This document shows, piece by piece, positions 49,209 to 58,863 of a stretch of 63,733 nucleotides of DNA. Position 1 is the first letter of the stretch; the number at the start of each line of letters is the position of its first letter. The notes beneath the pieces were generated by a model that worked only from the letters and a program-made list of their open reading frames with translations, was not told the DNA's origin and made no database searches. The position numbers and the translations under genes are program-made. Origin of the DNA: Dysosmobacter sp. GTDB taxonomy: Bacteria; Bacillota; Clostridia; Oscillospirales; Oscillospiraceae. The stretch covers positions 1-63,733 of the forward strand of contig JAZRCP010000102.1 in NCBI GenBank assembly GCA_045659825.1. The letters are read 5' to 3'.

Positions 49209-49491
49209 TGCTCTTTGCTTTCACTGCTGCAATAAGATTTAGAATAACGGTAATGAAAACCAATGCAACAGAGGCAATCAAGACCGCACGAATAGTGTCC
49301 TCAATAGCAGCATAATCACCGAGAAGAACTCGTCTGTTTATCTCAAGCAGTTGAAATACAAGAGAAATTGCACATAGGCTGAAACTTGCCAAGGTATTTT
49401 TATGAGATGTCAATGCTTTTGGGGGTGTGATTGCTAAGCCTCCAAACAACCATGCACAAACACCCAAAATAAGACTTCCTATATTCAACAT
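49204..49491 (-). CDS. Small 3-TM membrane protein (passenger)
   Basis: Hydrophobic helices; leader ACAAAGGGGTGTGATTGT-ATG. Confidence 0.85.
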   Translation of the reverse strand: MLNIGSLILGVCAWLFGGLAITPPKALTSHKNTLASFSLCAISLVFQLLEINRRVLLGDYAAIEDTIRAVLIASVALVFITVILNLIAAVKAKSK

Positions 49492-49564
49492 ACAATCACA
49501 CCCCTTTGTTTCATTAGAATTTGCTCTGTTTCATTTCTGGTGAAACAAAGCAAGTAAAGTACAC

Positions 49565-49828
49565 TTATTTGGTCTTGTCTTTCTTTATCAAGGCTCTAAT
49601 ACCGTCAATCGCCAATCCATAACCTATCATCGTAACGATACTCAAAATGTGCCAAAGGTAAGGAACGGAATTGATAGCATTACAAGCCTCGGAACTGCTC
49701 AAAAGATTAAGAATAGGGTTGAAACCTATGAAAAGGTTAATATCGTCAATTCCAACCAAGTTCAGAACAATACCAATGACACCAACAACAGCAAACCAAA
49801 ATGTAAAGGATTTGAGTATTCTTCTCAT
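49565..49828 (-). CDS. Small membrane protein (passenger)
   Basis: Hydrophobic helices; leader ACAAAGGAGTGATTGT-ATG. Confidence 0.85.
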   Translation of the reverse strand: MRRILKSFTFWFAVVGVIGIVLNLVGIDDINLFIGFNPILNLLSSSEACNAINSVPYLWHILSIVTMIGYGLAIDGIRALIKKDKTK

Positions 49829-49961
49829 ACAATCACTCCTTTGTCATTATCTATATAGACGGAAGAAATCGGTAAAAAGTTCCTAAATACACCTATATCA
49901 TAGCATACGCCTATACTTTTGTCTCACTCCAGAGCGGAGAATTTACAAATTCACAACATTT

Positions 49962-50908
49962 TCAGATTGCTAACCTCTTCATATCAAAGGAAATAGGCTT
50001 GTACTTGAACTTGGCAAGCGGTATCTTCTTCGCCTGATTGGATAACAGCGTGATAATGTCATAGGCTTGTTCAAGATACCTCTCTTTTTCTTCTGTTGCT
50101 CGTGTATGGTCTTCAAGACCTGAATGATTTTCTCTGTCTCCATACTATTGATTGCATTAGAAAATCTCTCTTGTGACCTTAAATCCCCAAGTTCAACATA
50201 GTTCAGCAACTCAGCCTTGCTCTGTTCTTCATTTTTAATGTACTTATGCAAGAAATCTATGTCAAATCCTTGGTTCTCGACATATTCGATTTTCTTCTCA
50301 TAACTCAAATGGGTATATGGCATTCTGCCAAGTGTACCCAAGAAGAACATAGGGTCTTTTATATCCTTGAAAGACAGAGGATAGTAATACTCGTCACTCT
50401 CTGCCAAACTCTTGAAATCGTCCTGATTGCTGACAAGCTGATGGAGGACGGAACACACCCTATGTCTGTTGTGGAGTGCTGTCTGCTTATTGATACCGAG
50501 TTCTTTTGCTATGGTACGGCAACTCTCACCTTGTAAGGTCAACTTGATAAACTCAATCCATTTACCAACAGACAATTTGGAGCGAAAGGCAACTGTACCG
50601 TTGGTATCTCCGAATGTCTTTTCGCAACCCTTGCACAGATATCTCTGTCTGCCTTTGCTCGTTCCATACTTGATAACCTTAACAGAGCCACAATGAGGGC
50701 AGACAACAGTATCCAAATCCTTATCATTGGCATAACTTCTACGCTCTCTGCAACATTGGAAGAATACCTTTTCTTCTTTGGTCAGTTGAGGTCTTGCACT
50801 TCTTCTTGTTTGCAAAGCGGTTACTAACGCTTGGATTTGTTCGTCTGTTAAGTCAGCCACAGCGATTTGTTTTTGTATATCGTTGAAATTGGAATTGAAA
50901 TCAGCCAT
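49962..50908 (-). pseudogene. IS1595-family transposase with internal deletion of the catalytic core
   Basis: Zn ribbon CPHC..CKGC, HTH, ESDEYY, KKKRG, then frame jump to a C-terminal remnant (DIITLLS..KRLAI*). Confidence 0.85.
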
Positions 50909-51060
50909 AAAAATATCCCCCTACAAAAATTGTTTTTGTAAGGGAACATAATTATTTCTGTCAGCAAAAAACTCATTTATGCATAATCATCTATGAAAAT
51001 GTATAATTTTTGTTCACCAATATTTATCTCGGACAGAGAGTAATAAAAAGGAGTGGTGCT

Positions 51061-52104
51061 ATGAAACTGTTGTGGCAGCCGGGGCAGATCGGCCCCATGG
51101 AAGTGAAAAACCGGGTGGTGCGTTCCGCTACCAATGAGCATCTCTCTGAGCCCAACGGCGATTTTACCCAGGCGTGGGTCGATACGCAGGTGGAGCTGGC
51201 AAAGCAGGAAGTGGGTCTCGTGATCACGGGCCACGTCTGCGTGGACCGTACCCAGCGGGCCGATGAGGGCCAGCCGGTGTTGGATCGCACCACAGACACG
51301 GCTTTCCTGCGGCAGGCGGCGGAGGGCGTCCACGCCCATGGCGGCAAAATCGTCATGCAGCTGAGCCACAGCGGCGCGAAAGCTATGGAGGCGGTCAACG
51401 GCCGTCCGGCCAAGGGACCTGCGGATTTTACCGTGGAGGAACTGGCGCAGCTGACCGAGGACTTTGTCTACGCAGCCAAATGCTGTAAGGACTGCGGCTT
51501 TGACGGCGTGCAGATCCACAATGCCCACGGCTACCTGCTTTCCGGTTTCCTCCATCCGGAGGAGAATGTCCGGACAGATACCTACGGCGGCAGCCTAAAA
51601 AACCGGTTCCGCTTGCCCAGTGAGATTATCCGTGCCGTGCGGGCGACCTGCGGCGAAGATTTCGCGATCCTTGTGAAAATGAACTGTAACGGCTGCGGTG
51701 ATCTGCCCGCTGTGCTGCGGCTGTATGAGGAAAGCGGCGTGGACGGCATCGAGGTCAGCGGCGTGGATTTTGCTGCGAAGGCCGGTGTGAAAGAGCCGTT
51801 CTATCTGGAGCAGCTGCTGACCGCCAAGGAGGGTATCCGCACGCCGCTGATTCTGGTGGGCGGTATGTTCTCCGGTGAGAGCGCGGAGCAGGTGCTGGAA
51901 AGCGGCATCGATTTTGTGTCGTTCAGCCGTGCCCTGATCTGTCAACCGGATTTCATTGCCCGCCTGAAGCGGGAAGAGCAGGCGGAAAGCGCCTGCCTTG
52001 CCTGCAACGGCTGTTACCGCGTGTACCGTCAGCGGCCAGTTCGCTGCGTGCAGCATACGGAGCCGATCCTTCAGTTGGAGAAAGTCTTTTTCTCCCACGG
52101 ATAA
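51061..52104 (+). CDS. NADH:flavin oxidoreductase (Old Yellow Enzyme family)
   Basis: KNRVVRSAT, GFDGVQIHNAHGYLLS, RTDTYGGSLKNR, CLACNGC. Confidence 0.92.
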   Translation: MKLLWQPGQIGPMEVKNRVVRSATNEHLSEPNGDFTQAWVDTQVELAKQEVGLVITGHVCVDRTQRADEGQPVLDRTTDTAFLRQAAEGVHAHGGKIVMQLSHSGAKAMEAVNGRPAKGPADFTVEELAQLTEDFVYAAKCCKDCGFDGVQIHNAHGYLLSGFLHPEENVRTDTYGGSLKNRFRLPSEIIRAVRATCGEDFAILVKMNCNGCGDLPAVLRLYEESGVDGIEVSGVDFAAKAGVKEPFYLEQLLTAKEGIRTPLILVGGMFSGESAEQVLESGIDFVSFSRALICQPDFIARLKREEQAESACLACNGCYRVYRQRPVRCVQHTEPILQLEKVFFSHG

Positions 52105-52115
52105 GAGGCAGGCGG

Positions 52116-53858
52116 ATGATGAAAGACACCAATACAACAGGCCGCTTCTGCGACCTGCCAACGCCTTTTGAAACGGCTGCCGGTTCAGACTGGACGGAAT
52201 ACCCGCGCCCTCAACTGCGGCGGCAGGCCTATCTCTCCCTCTGCGGAGACTGGCAGTTATCTGTACGCAGTGGAGGAAAGGAGACTCCGTTGGGCAACAT
52301 TCGCGTGCCGTTTCCGCCGGAATCCCGCATCTCCGGCATCGGCCGTCCGCTGGCGGCAGGGGAGCAGTACCTCTATCAAAAGAACTTTGTGCTGCCGGCA
52401 GAGGCTGCCGGCCGTGTTCTGCTGCACTTCGGCGCCGTGGATCAAATGGCGCGGGTGCTGCTCAACGGACAGCAGGTGGGGCAGCACGAGGACGGCTATT
52501 TGCCCTTTACCCTCGACATCACCGATGCGGTGTGTCAGGGTGAAAATGCCCTGACGGTGGAAGTGACGGACGAATTGGACCCCGACCTGCCCTACGGTAA
52601 GCAGCGCCACAAGCGCGGCGGCATGTGGTACATGCCCATCAGCGGCATCTGGCGGCCGGTCTGGCTGGAGTGGGTGCCGGAGAACTACATCCGCTCCCTC
52701 CGCATTACGCCCACGCTGACCGATATCACTCTCGAAACGGTGGGTGGCGGAGAAGAAAAAACCGTGACGCTGCATCTGCCGGAAGGGGACCAAACGGTTA
52801 CTTTTTGCGGCAATCGCGTGACCATTCCTATCGAAAATCCCATTCACTGGACACCGGAGAACCCCCATTTATACGAGTTCACCCTGACAGACGGCACAGA
52901 TGTCATCGATTCCTATTTCGCCCTGCGCACCGTCACCATCCAGCAGGTGAACGGACAGGCCGTCATCTGCCTCAACGGCAAACCGTGTTTTTTCCACGGC
53001 CTGCTGGATCAGGGCTATTTCAGTGATGGTATCTATCTTCCCGCTGCACCGGAGGGCTACAGCTGGGATATCCGCACCATGAAACGACTGGGCTTCAACA
53101 TGCTGCGCAAGCACATCAAAATAGAGCCGGAGCGGTTTTACTACGACTGCGACCGCTATGGCATGATCGTCTTTCAGGACATGGTCAACAGCGGGCGGTA
53201 CAACTTCCTAATTGATACGGCGCTGCCTACCATCGGACTGCGGCGGGGGATTTCCCACCGTGCTTCCCCACGACGGAAAGCCGTTTTTGCCCGTCATGTG
53301 CGGGTGGTGACGGAGCAGCTTTACAACCACCCTTGTGTGTGCTATTACACCATTTTCAATGAGGGCTGGGGCCAGCATGACGCAGACCGCATCTATACCG
53401 AGCTGAAAGCGCTGGACCCCACCCGCGTGTGGGACGCTACATCAGGCTGGTTTGCAGAGCAAAAGAGTGACGTGACCAGCGAGCATGTCTATTTTAAGCC
53501 CATCCGGCTGAAAGCCGACCCCGCGCGGCCTCTGGTGCTGTCGGAGTTCGGCGGCTATGCCTGCAAGATCGCGGCCCATGCTTATAATCGGGAGAAAACC
53601 TACGGCTATAAACTGTTTCATCAAAAAGAAGATTTTGCCGCAGCGCTGGAGAAGCTGTATCGTGGTGAGATCATCCCCGCTATCCGCGCCGGCCTCTGTG
53701 CTGCCGTGCTGACGCAGCTCAGCGATGTGGAGGATGAAACCAATGGCCTCGTCACCTATGACCGGCAGGTAGTAAAGGTGGAGGAAACTCGGATGATGGC
53801 ACTGGCAGCGGAATTACAAACAGCCTTTGCTGCACGAATGGAGGAACAACATGTATGA
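52116..53858 (+). CDS. Glycoside hydrolase family 2
   Basis: YPRPQL, LHFGAVD, SGIWRPVWLE, GFNMLRKHIK, FNEGWGQ, SEFGG. Confidence 0.9.
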   Translation: MMKDTNTTGRFCDLPTPFETAAGSDWTEYPRPQLRRQAYLSLCGDWQLSVRSGGKETPLGNIRVPFPPESRISGIGRPLAAGEQYLYQKNFVLPAEAAGRVLLHFGAVDQMARVLLNGQQVGQHEDGYLPFTLDITDAVCQGENALTVEVTDELDPDLPYGKQRHKRGGMWYMPISGIWRPVWLEWVPENYIRSLRITPTLTDITLETVGGGEEKTVTLHLPEGDQTVTFCGNRVTIPIENPIHWTPENPHLYEFTLTDGTDVIDSYFALRTVTIQQVNGQAVICLNGKPCFFHGLLDQGYFSDGIYLPAAPEGYSWDIRTMKRLGFNMLRKHIKIEPERFYYDCDRYGMIVFQDMVNSGRYNFLIDTALPTIGLRRGISHRASPRRKAVFARHVRVVTEQLYNHPCVCYYTIFNEGWGQHDADRIYTELKALDPTRVWDATSGWFAEQKSDVTSEHVYFKPIRLKADPARPLVLSEFGGYACKIAAHAYNREKTYGYKLFHQKEDFAAALEKLYRGEIIPAIRAGLCAAVLTQLSDVEDETNGLVTYDRQVVKVEETRMMALAAELQTAFAARMEEQHV

Positions 53859-54354
53859 CGAACTGACGCAGGTGGACATCGACAAGATGCAGGAGGAGAT
53901 CAACCACCGTGTGCGGGTACTGCGCCCGCAGTTGATCGAGGAGGTGCAGACGGCTCGCGCCTTTGGCGACCTCAGCGAGAACTTTGAATATAAATGCGCC
54001 AAGCAGGCGAAAAATCGGAACGAAAGCCGGATCCGCTATCTGGAACGGATGATTCGCACGGCGAAAGTCATCGAGATCAAGCAGACCGCCGACACGGTGG
54101 GCCTGTTCGATCAGGTTACCATCTACAACGAAATGGTAAAGAAAGAGATGACGATTCGCATCGTCACCACGCTGCGGCAGGATGCCCTTAAGGGTCTCAT
54201 CAGCAAGGAATCCCCCGTGGGCAAGACCCTGCTGGGCCGCGCCGTAGGCGACCGCGTGGAGGTAGAGGTCAGTCCCACCATGAAGTATTTTGTGGAGATC
54301 CGCGCCATTGAAAAGGGTGAGGACGATGCTTCGCTGGATATCAGTTCTTATTGA
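53851..54354 (+). CDS. greA: Transcription elongation factor GreA family
   Basis: ARAFGDLSENFEY; ISKESPVG. Confidence 0.92.
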   Translation: MYDELTQVDIDKMQEEINHRVRVLRPQLIEEVQTARAFGDLSENFEYKCAKQAKNRNESRIRYLERMIRTAKVIEIKQTADTVGLFDQVTIYNEMVKKEMTIRIVTTLRQDALKGLISKESPVGKTLLGRAVGDRVEVEVSPTMKYFVEIRAIEKGEDDASLDISSY

Positions 54355-54373
54355 ATGACGAAAAGGAGTTACT

Positions 54374-54724
54374 ATGGTATTCATTTGTTACCCGAAATGC
54401 ACCACCTGCCAGAAGGCGAAGGCCTATCTGGAGGCAAAGGGCATCCCCTATGAGCAGCGGGACATCAAGCTGGAAAACCCCACTTTGGAGGAGTTGACTG
54501 CGTGGTGGAAGCAGAGCGGCCTGCCTTTGAAGAAGTTTTTCAACACCAGCGGTTTGCAGTACAAGGCGCTAAACCTGAAGGGAAAGCTACCGACTATGAG
54601 TGAGGCAGAGCAGTTGGCGTTGCTGGCCACGGACGGTATGCTGGTAAAGCGGCCCCTGCTGGTGGGGGAGGATTTTGTGCTGACGGGTTTCCGTCAGGCG
54701 GAATGGGATGAGAAGCTGACATGA
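54374..54724 (+). CDS. ArsC/Spx/YffB-family protein
   Basis: CTTCQKA, FFNTSG, MLVKRP. Confidence 0.88.
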   Translation: MVFICYPKCTTCQKAKAYLEAKGIPYEQRDIKLENPTLEELTAWWKQSGLPLKKFFNTSGLQYKALNLKGKLPTMSEAEQLALLATDGMLVKRPLLVGEDFVLTGFRQAEWDEKLT

Positions 54725-55686
54725 TCCAACGTTACGACCTTGCGCCGCTGGACGGCATCACCAAGCTAATGTTCCGGCAGGTGTGGCACCGCCATTTCGG
54801 CGGCGCCGACCGGTATTTTATCCCCTTCTTTTCCCCCACGGATCACCATACCATCACACCCCGTGACTTCCGGGAACTGGCCCCCGAGGCCAACCACGGA
54901 CTGCCGTCTGTTCCACAGATCATGACCTGCCGTGCGCCGGACTTCATCTGGGGTGCCGAGCGGATGGCGGAGCTGGGCTATGAAGAGGTCAATCTGAATT
55001 TAGGCTGCCCCTCCGGTACCGTGACTGCAAAGGGAAAGGGCTCCGGATTTCTGGCAAAGCCGGACGAGCTGGACCGCTTTTTTGACGAGGTGTTCAACGC
55101 CACAAGTGTGCCCGTTTCCGTCAAGACCCGCCTGGGCATTGCGGACGAGGCGGAATTTCCCCGCCTGCTGGAGATATACAACCGTTACCCCATTGTTTGC
55201 CTCACCATCCATGCCCGGGTGCAGAAGGAGAAGTACCGGGGCGCCGTCCATCTGGACGCTTTTGGCGAGGCGCTGAAAGCCAGTAAGAACCCTGTTTGCT
55301 ACAATGGTGATCTGAGGACCGTAGGAGAGGTGCGGGATTTTGAAGCCCGTTTCCCTGCGGCAGATGCCGCTATGATCGGCCGCGGTGCGGTGGCGGACCC
55401 TGCCCTGTTGCGCAAGCTAAGAGGTGGAGAGGCAGCCACGCGGGAGGAACTGCAAGCCTTCACACAGGATCTCTATCACTCCTATCAGGAATTTTACGGC
55501 CAGATCGGCACCGCCGCCCAGCGAATGCGGGAGGTGTGGTTCTACCTGATCCACCTCTTTGAGGACGCGGATAAGCTGAACAAGAAGCTACGCCGCTTTA
55601 AGTATCCCAGTGAGTACGAGACCATCGAAGCCGCCATTTTTCAGGAGTTGACGCTACGGACGGATTCCGTGGGAGATTTGATTTGA
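54721..55686 (+). CDS. tRNA-dihydrouridine synthase family
   Basis: LAPLDG, NLNLGCP, SVKTRLG, IHAR, NGDL, MIGRG. Confidence 0.9.
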   Translation: MIQRYDLAPLDGITKLMFRQVWHRHFGGADRYFIPFFSPTDHHTITPRDFRELAPEANHGLPSVPQIMTCRAPDFIWGAERMAELGYEEVNLNLGCPSGTVTAKGKGSGFLAKPDELDRFFDEVFNATSVPVSVKTRLGIADEAEFPRLLEIYNRYPIVCLTIHARVQKEKYRGAVHLDAFGEALKASKNPVCYNGDLRTVGEVRDFEARFPAADAAMIGRGAVADPALLRKLRGGEAATREELQAFTQDLYHSYQEFYGQIGTAAQRMREVWFYLIHLFEDADKLNKKLRRFKYPSEYETIEAAIFQELTLRTDSVGDLI

Positions 55687-55749
55687 ATGGAAAAGAGGAC
55701 ACGCTCTGCGTGTCCTCTTTTTGTGTATGCAAGTTTGGCAGAAATTGCG

Positions 55750-56853
55750 TTACAGCTTCAGATCGCCGTCCTTGACCCAGCCCAGCTTGCGGCAACCCAT
55801 GTTGATCACGGGAGCCAGAATAGCGGGCAGGACAAAGGAGATCAGGATCAGACCCAGCCAGTCAAAGCCGGTGGGGGTGATGGCGGCAGCGCCGTTGGCA
55901 ATGGCCACCTCACTGGGAGAGACCCAGCCGGTCCACACGCCCAGTTGGCCGCACAGGCCGCAGGTGCCCATGCCGGAGTTGATGGCCGCGCCGTTCATCT
56001 CCAGCTTGAAGAGGCAGGTGGCGATGGGGCCGGTGATGGCGGAGGCCACCGTGGGAGCGATCCAGATGCGGGGGTTCTTCACGATGTTGGGCATCTGCAG
56101 CATGGAGGTGCCCAGACCCTGAGAAATCAGGCCGCCCCAGCCGTTTTCCTTGAAGCTCATGACCGCAAAGCCCACCATCTGGGCGCAGCAGCCCGCCACA
56201 GCAGCGCCGCCGGCAAGGCCCGACAGGCCCAGCACGGAGCAAATGGCGGCGGAAGAGATGGGCAGCGTCAGGGCAACGCCCACCAGCACGGACACCAGCA
56301 CGCCCATCAGGAAGGGCTGCAGCTCCGTGGCGTGCATGATCAGCTGGCCGAAGGCACTGGCAGCAGAACCGATGGGCGGCGCAATGATCCATGCCGCGCC
56401 GATACCGATGAGGGTGGTGACGATGGGGGTCACTAAAATGTCGATCTTCGTTTCCTTGCTGATGGCCTTACCACACTCGGCGGCAATGATGGCCACAAAC
56501 AGCACGGCCAGAGGCCCGCCGGCTTTGCCCAGCGCATTGCAGGCATAGCCCACCGTAGCGAGGGAGAACAGCACCATGGGCGGCGCCTGCAGCGCATAGC
56601 CGATGGCTACCGCCATGGCGGAGCCGCTCATGAAGGAGCACATGCCGCCGATGGTGTAGGGAACGCCGTTGATCTCGATGATGGGAGCGGTCAGGAAGCC
56701 GATACCGAACTGGCTGCCGATGGTGTTGAGAATGGTGCCGATCAGCAGTGAGCAGAACAGACCCTGCGCCATGGCGCCCAGTGCGTCAATGCCGTAGCGC
56801 TTGGCAGAGATGACGATGTTTTTGCGTTTGCAGAACGCCTTGATTTTTTCCAT
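55750..56853 (-). CDS. niaY: PTS-EIIC-like (PfoR/NiaY-type) membrane protein, predicted niacin transporter
   Basis: GAMAQGLFCSL, LPISSAA, GTSMLQMPN; NiaR box at its promoter; niaR adjacent. Confidence 0.7.
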   Translation of the reverse strand: MEKIKAFCKRKNIVISAKRYGIDALGAMAQGLFCSLLIGTILNTIGSQFGIGFLTAPIIEINGVPYTIGGMCSFMSGSAMAVAIGYALQAPPMVLFSLATVGYACNALGKAGGPLAVLFVAIIAAECGKAISKETKIDILVTPIVTTLIGIGAAWIIAPPIGSAASAFGQLIMHATELQPFLMGVLVSVLVGVALTLPISSAAICSVLGLSGLAGGAAVAGCCAQMVGFAVMSFKENGWGGLISQGLGTSMLQMPNIVKNPRIWIAPTVASAITGPIATCLFKLEMNGAAINSGMGTCGLCGQLGVWTGWVSPSEVAIANGAAAITPTGFDWLGLILISFVLPAILAPVINMGCRKLGWVKDGDLKL

Positions 56854-56878
56854 GTGGAACACCTGCTTCTATGTAAAA

Positions 56879-56944
56879 ATAGTGGGTTTGCAGGTGTCTT
56901 GGCACCTGCAAACCCACTATACGCATCTTGTGTCGAATTGTCAA
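56879..56944 (-). promoter_or_regulatory. Promoter with NiaR operator embedded in an 18-bp perfect inverted repeat
   Basis: TTGACA-17-TATAGT on minus; TGCAGGTGTCTTGGCACCTGCA 56889-56910. Confidence 0.75.
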
Positions 56945-56953
56945 CCCTTTTCT

Positions 56954-57466
56954 TTAGTCCTCAAGCAAAATATGCTTCTCTAATAACCCTGTGCGCACCC
57001 GTTCAAAGGCGGCTTCATCGGGGCAGGAGAGGGTGTGGAGATGAATGCCCTCGGTCAGGGCGGAGAGGGGCTTGGCCTCGGCGGATTTGTTGCGGAGGAT
57101 GAACTGCTGCACATCGTAGCGGTTGGAAAGCTGCAGCGCACCGGTCAACTGGCCGTAAATGGGGTGTTCCACGATCACGTCCAGCACTGTGCAGCCGTGG
57201 TCTACCATGAGATTCAGCTCATCTTCCATGCCTGTGCCGCCGTGGCAGCAAGCCACTTGGCGGATGCATCCAACCGGATTGCGGCGGATGATGTATCCTC
57301 TGGGGGTAGCGGAAATATCAGCGCCGCTTGCGCGCAGCAGAGCGATGTCGCCCACGATCACCTGCCGGCTGACGGAGAACTGGGCTGCCAGTGCGCCGGC
57401 ACTGACAGGCTGCTTCGCCTGCTGTAATTTTTTCAGGATCGCGTCGCGTCGCTGCGGTGCCTGCAT
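56954..57466 (-). CDS. niaR: Niacin-responsive repressor NiaR (HTH + 3H domain)
   Basis: VSRQVIVGDIALLR, TPRGY, EHPIYG, GIHLHT; similar box CTGTCTTGACAG at 57484-57495. Confidence 0.9.
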   Translation of the reverse strand: MQAPQRRDAILKKLQQAKQPVSAGALAAQFSVSRQVIVGDIALLRASGADISATPRGYIIRRNPVGCIRQVACCHGGTGMEDELNLMVDHGCTVLDVIVEHPIYGQLTGALQLSNRYDVQQFILRNKSAEAKPLSALTEGIHLHTLSCPDEAAFERVRTGLLEKHILLED

Positions 57467-57606
57467 GGAAAAGCCCCCTTTATCTGTCTTGACAGCAGTA
57501 TAACACAGGGGAAATCAAAAGAAAAGAGTGGAGACTGTGGTTTGCCTGAATTTTTGCGGCGGTGGACGAAAACAAGCACCGCTGCAACAGCAGCGGTGCT
57601 TGTTGA

Positions 57607-58863
57607 TTACCAGATCACGGTGGCGAAATAGTCGTCCAGTGTTTCGGCGCGGCGGATCAGTTCCACGGAGCCGTCCTCCTTCAGCATCAACTCCGCAGAG
57701 CGCAGCTTGCCGTTGTAGTTGTAGCCCATGGCGTGGCCGTGGGCGCCGGTGTCGTGGATCACCAGCAGGTCGCCGGATTCGATCTCCGGCAGCATGCGGT
57801 CGATGGCAAACTTATCGTTGTTTTCGCACAGACCGCCCACCACGTCGTACTTGTGGTCGCAGGGGGCGTGTTCCTTGCCCATGACGGTGATGTGGTGGTA
57901 GGAGCCGTACATGGCGGGGCGCATCAGGTTGCAGGCGCAGGCGTCCACACCAATGTATTCCTTGTAGATGTGCTTGGCGTGGATGGCGCGAGTGACGAGA
58001 TGGCCGTAAGGAGCCAGCATGAAGCGGCCCAGCTCGGTGTAAATGGCGACATCGTCCATACCGGCCGGCACGAGGATTTCCTCGTAGGCCTTCCGCACGC
58101 CCTCGCCGATGGCGAAGATGTCGTTGGCGGGCTGGTCGGGATGGTAGGAAATGCCCACACCGCCTGAGAGGTTGATGAAGGTGATATGCACGCCGGTCTC
58201 CTGCTTCAGTTCCACAGCCAGCTGGAACAGGATACGGGCCAGTGCGGGATAGTAGTTGTTGGAGAGGGTGTTGGAGGCCAGGAAGGAGTGGATGCCGAAT
58301 TCCTTGGCGCCCATGGCGGAAAGGCGGGTAAAGGCCTCGGCGATCTGGGAGCGGGTCATGCCGTATTTGGCGTCGCCGGGGTTGTCCATCACCTGCACGC
58401 CTTCGTGGGTCTCGCCGAGGGTGAAGATGCCGCCGGGGTTGTAGCGGCAAGAGATCTTTTCGGGAATGCGGCCGATGGAAGCAGCCAGATAGTCCACCAT
58501 GGTCAGATCGTCTAAATTGATGATGGCGCCCAGACGGTCGGCCAGCTGATACTCCTCTGCGGGGGTCTCGTTGGAGGAGAACATGATGTCCTCGCCGGTA
58601 ATGCCGCACTTCTCGCTCATCAGCAGCTCTGCCTCAGAGGAACAGTCACAGCCGCAGCCCTCCTCGTGGAGCAGCTTCAAAATGGTGGGGGTGGGGGTGG
58701 CGTTCACGGCGAAACACTCCGCGTAACCGGGGAGCATGTAAAAGGCCTGTTTCAGGGCGCGGGCATTCTCACGGATGCCTTTTTCGTCATAGATATGGAA
58801 CGGAGTGGGATAGCGGGAAATGATGTCCTCCAACTGCTGCTGCGTCACAAAGGGTGTTTTCAT
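57607..58863 (-). CDS. lysA: Diaminopimelate decarboxylase (PLP lysine appears substituted)
   Basis: YPTPFHIYDE, AKYG, NLSGG, ELGR, LCENND, GAHGHAMGYNYNG. Confidence 0.9.
   Translation of the reverse strand: MKTPFVTQQQLEDIISRYPTPFHIYDEKGIRENARALKQAFYMLPGYAECFAVNATPTPTILKLLHEEGCGCDCSSEAELLMSEKCGITGEDIMFSSNETPAEEYQLADRLGAIINLDDLTMVDYLAASIGRIPEKISCRYNPGGIFTLGETHEGVQVMDNPGDAKYGMTRSQIAEAFTRLSAMGAKEFGIHSFLASNTLSNNYYPALARILFQLAVELKQETGVHITFINLSGGVGISYHPDQPANDIFAIGEGVRKAYEEILVPAGMDDVAIYTELGRFMLAPYGHLVTRAIHAKHIYKEYIGVDACACNLMRPAMYGSYHHITVMGKEHAPCDHKYDVVGGLCENNDKFAIDRMLPEIESGDLLVIHDTGAHGHAMGYNYNGKLRSAELMLKEDGSVELIRRAETLDDYFATVIW

Larger units (their letters stand above)
48809..51040 (-). mobile_element. 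IS1595-family transporter element, non-autonomous, with three passenger genes
   Basis: 26-bp TIRs with 25/26 identity (48809-48834, 51015-51040); 8-bp TSD TAATAAAA (48801-48808, 51041-51048). Confidence 0.92.
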
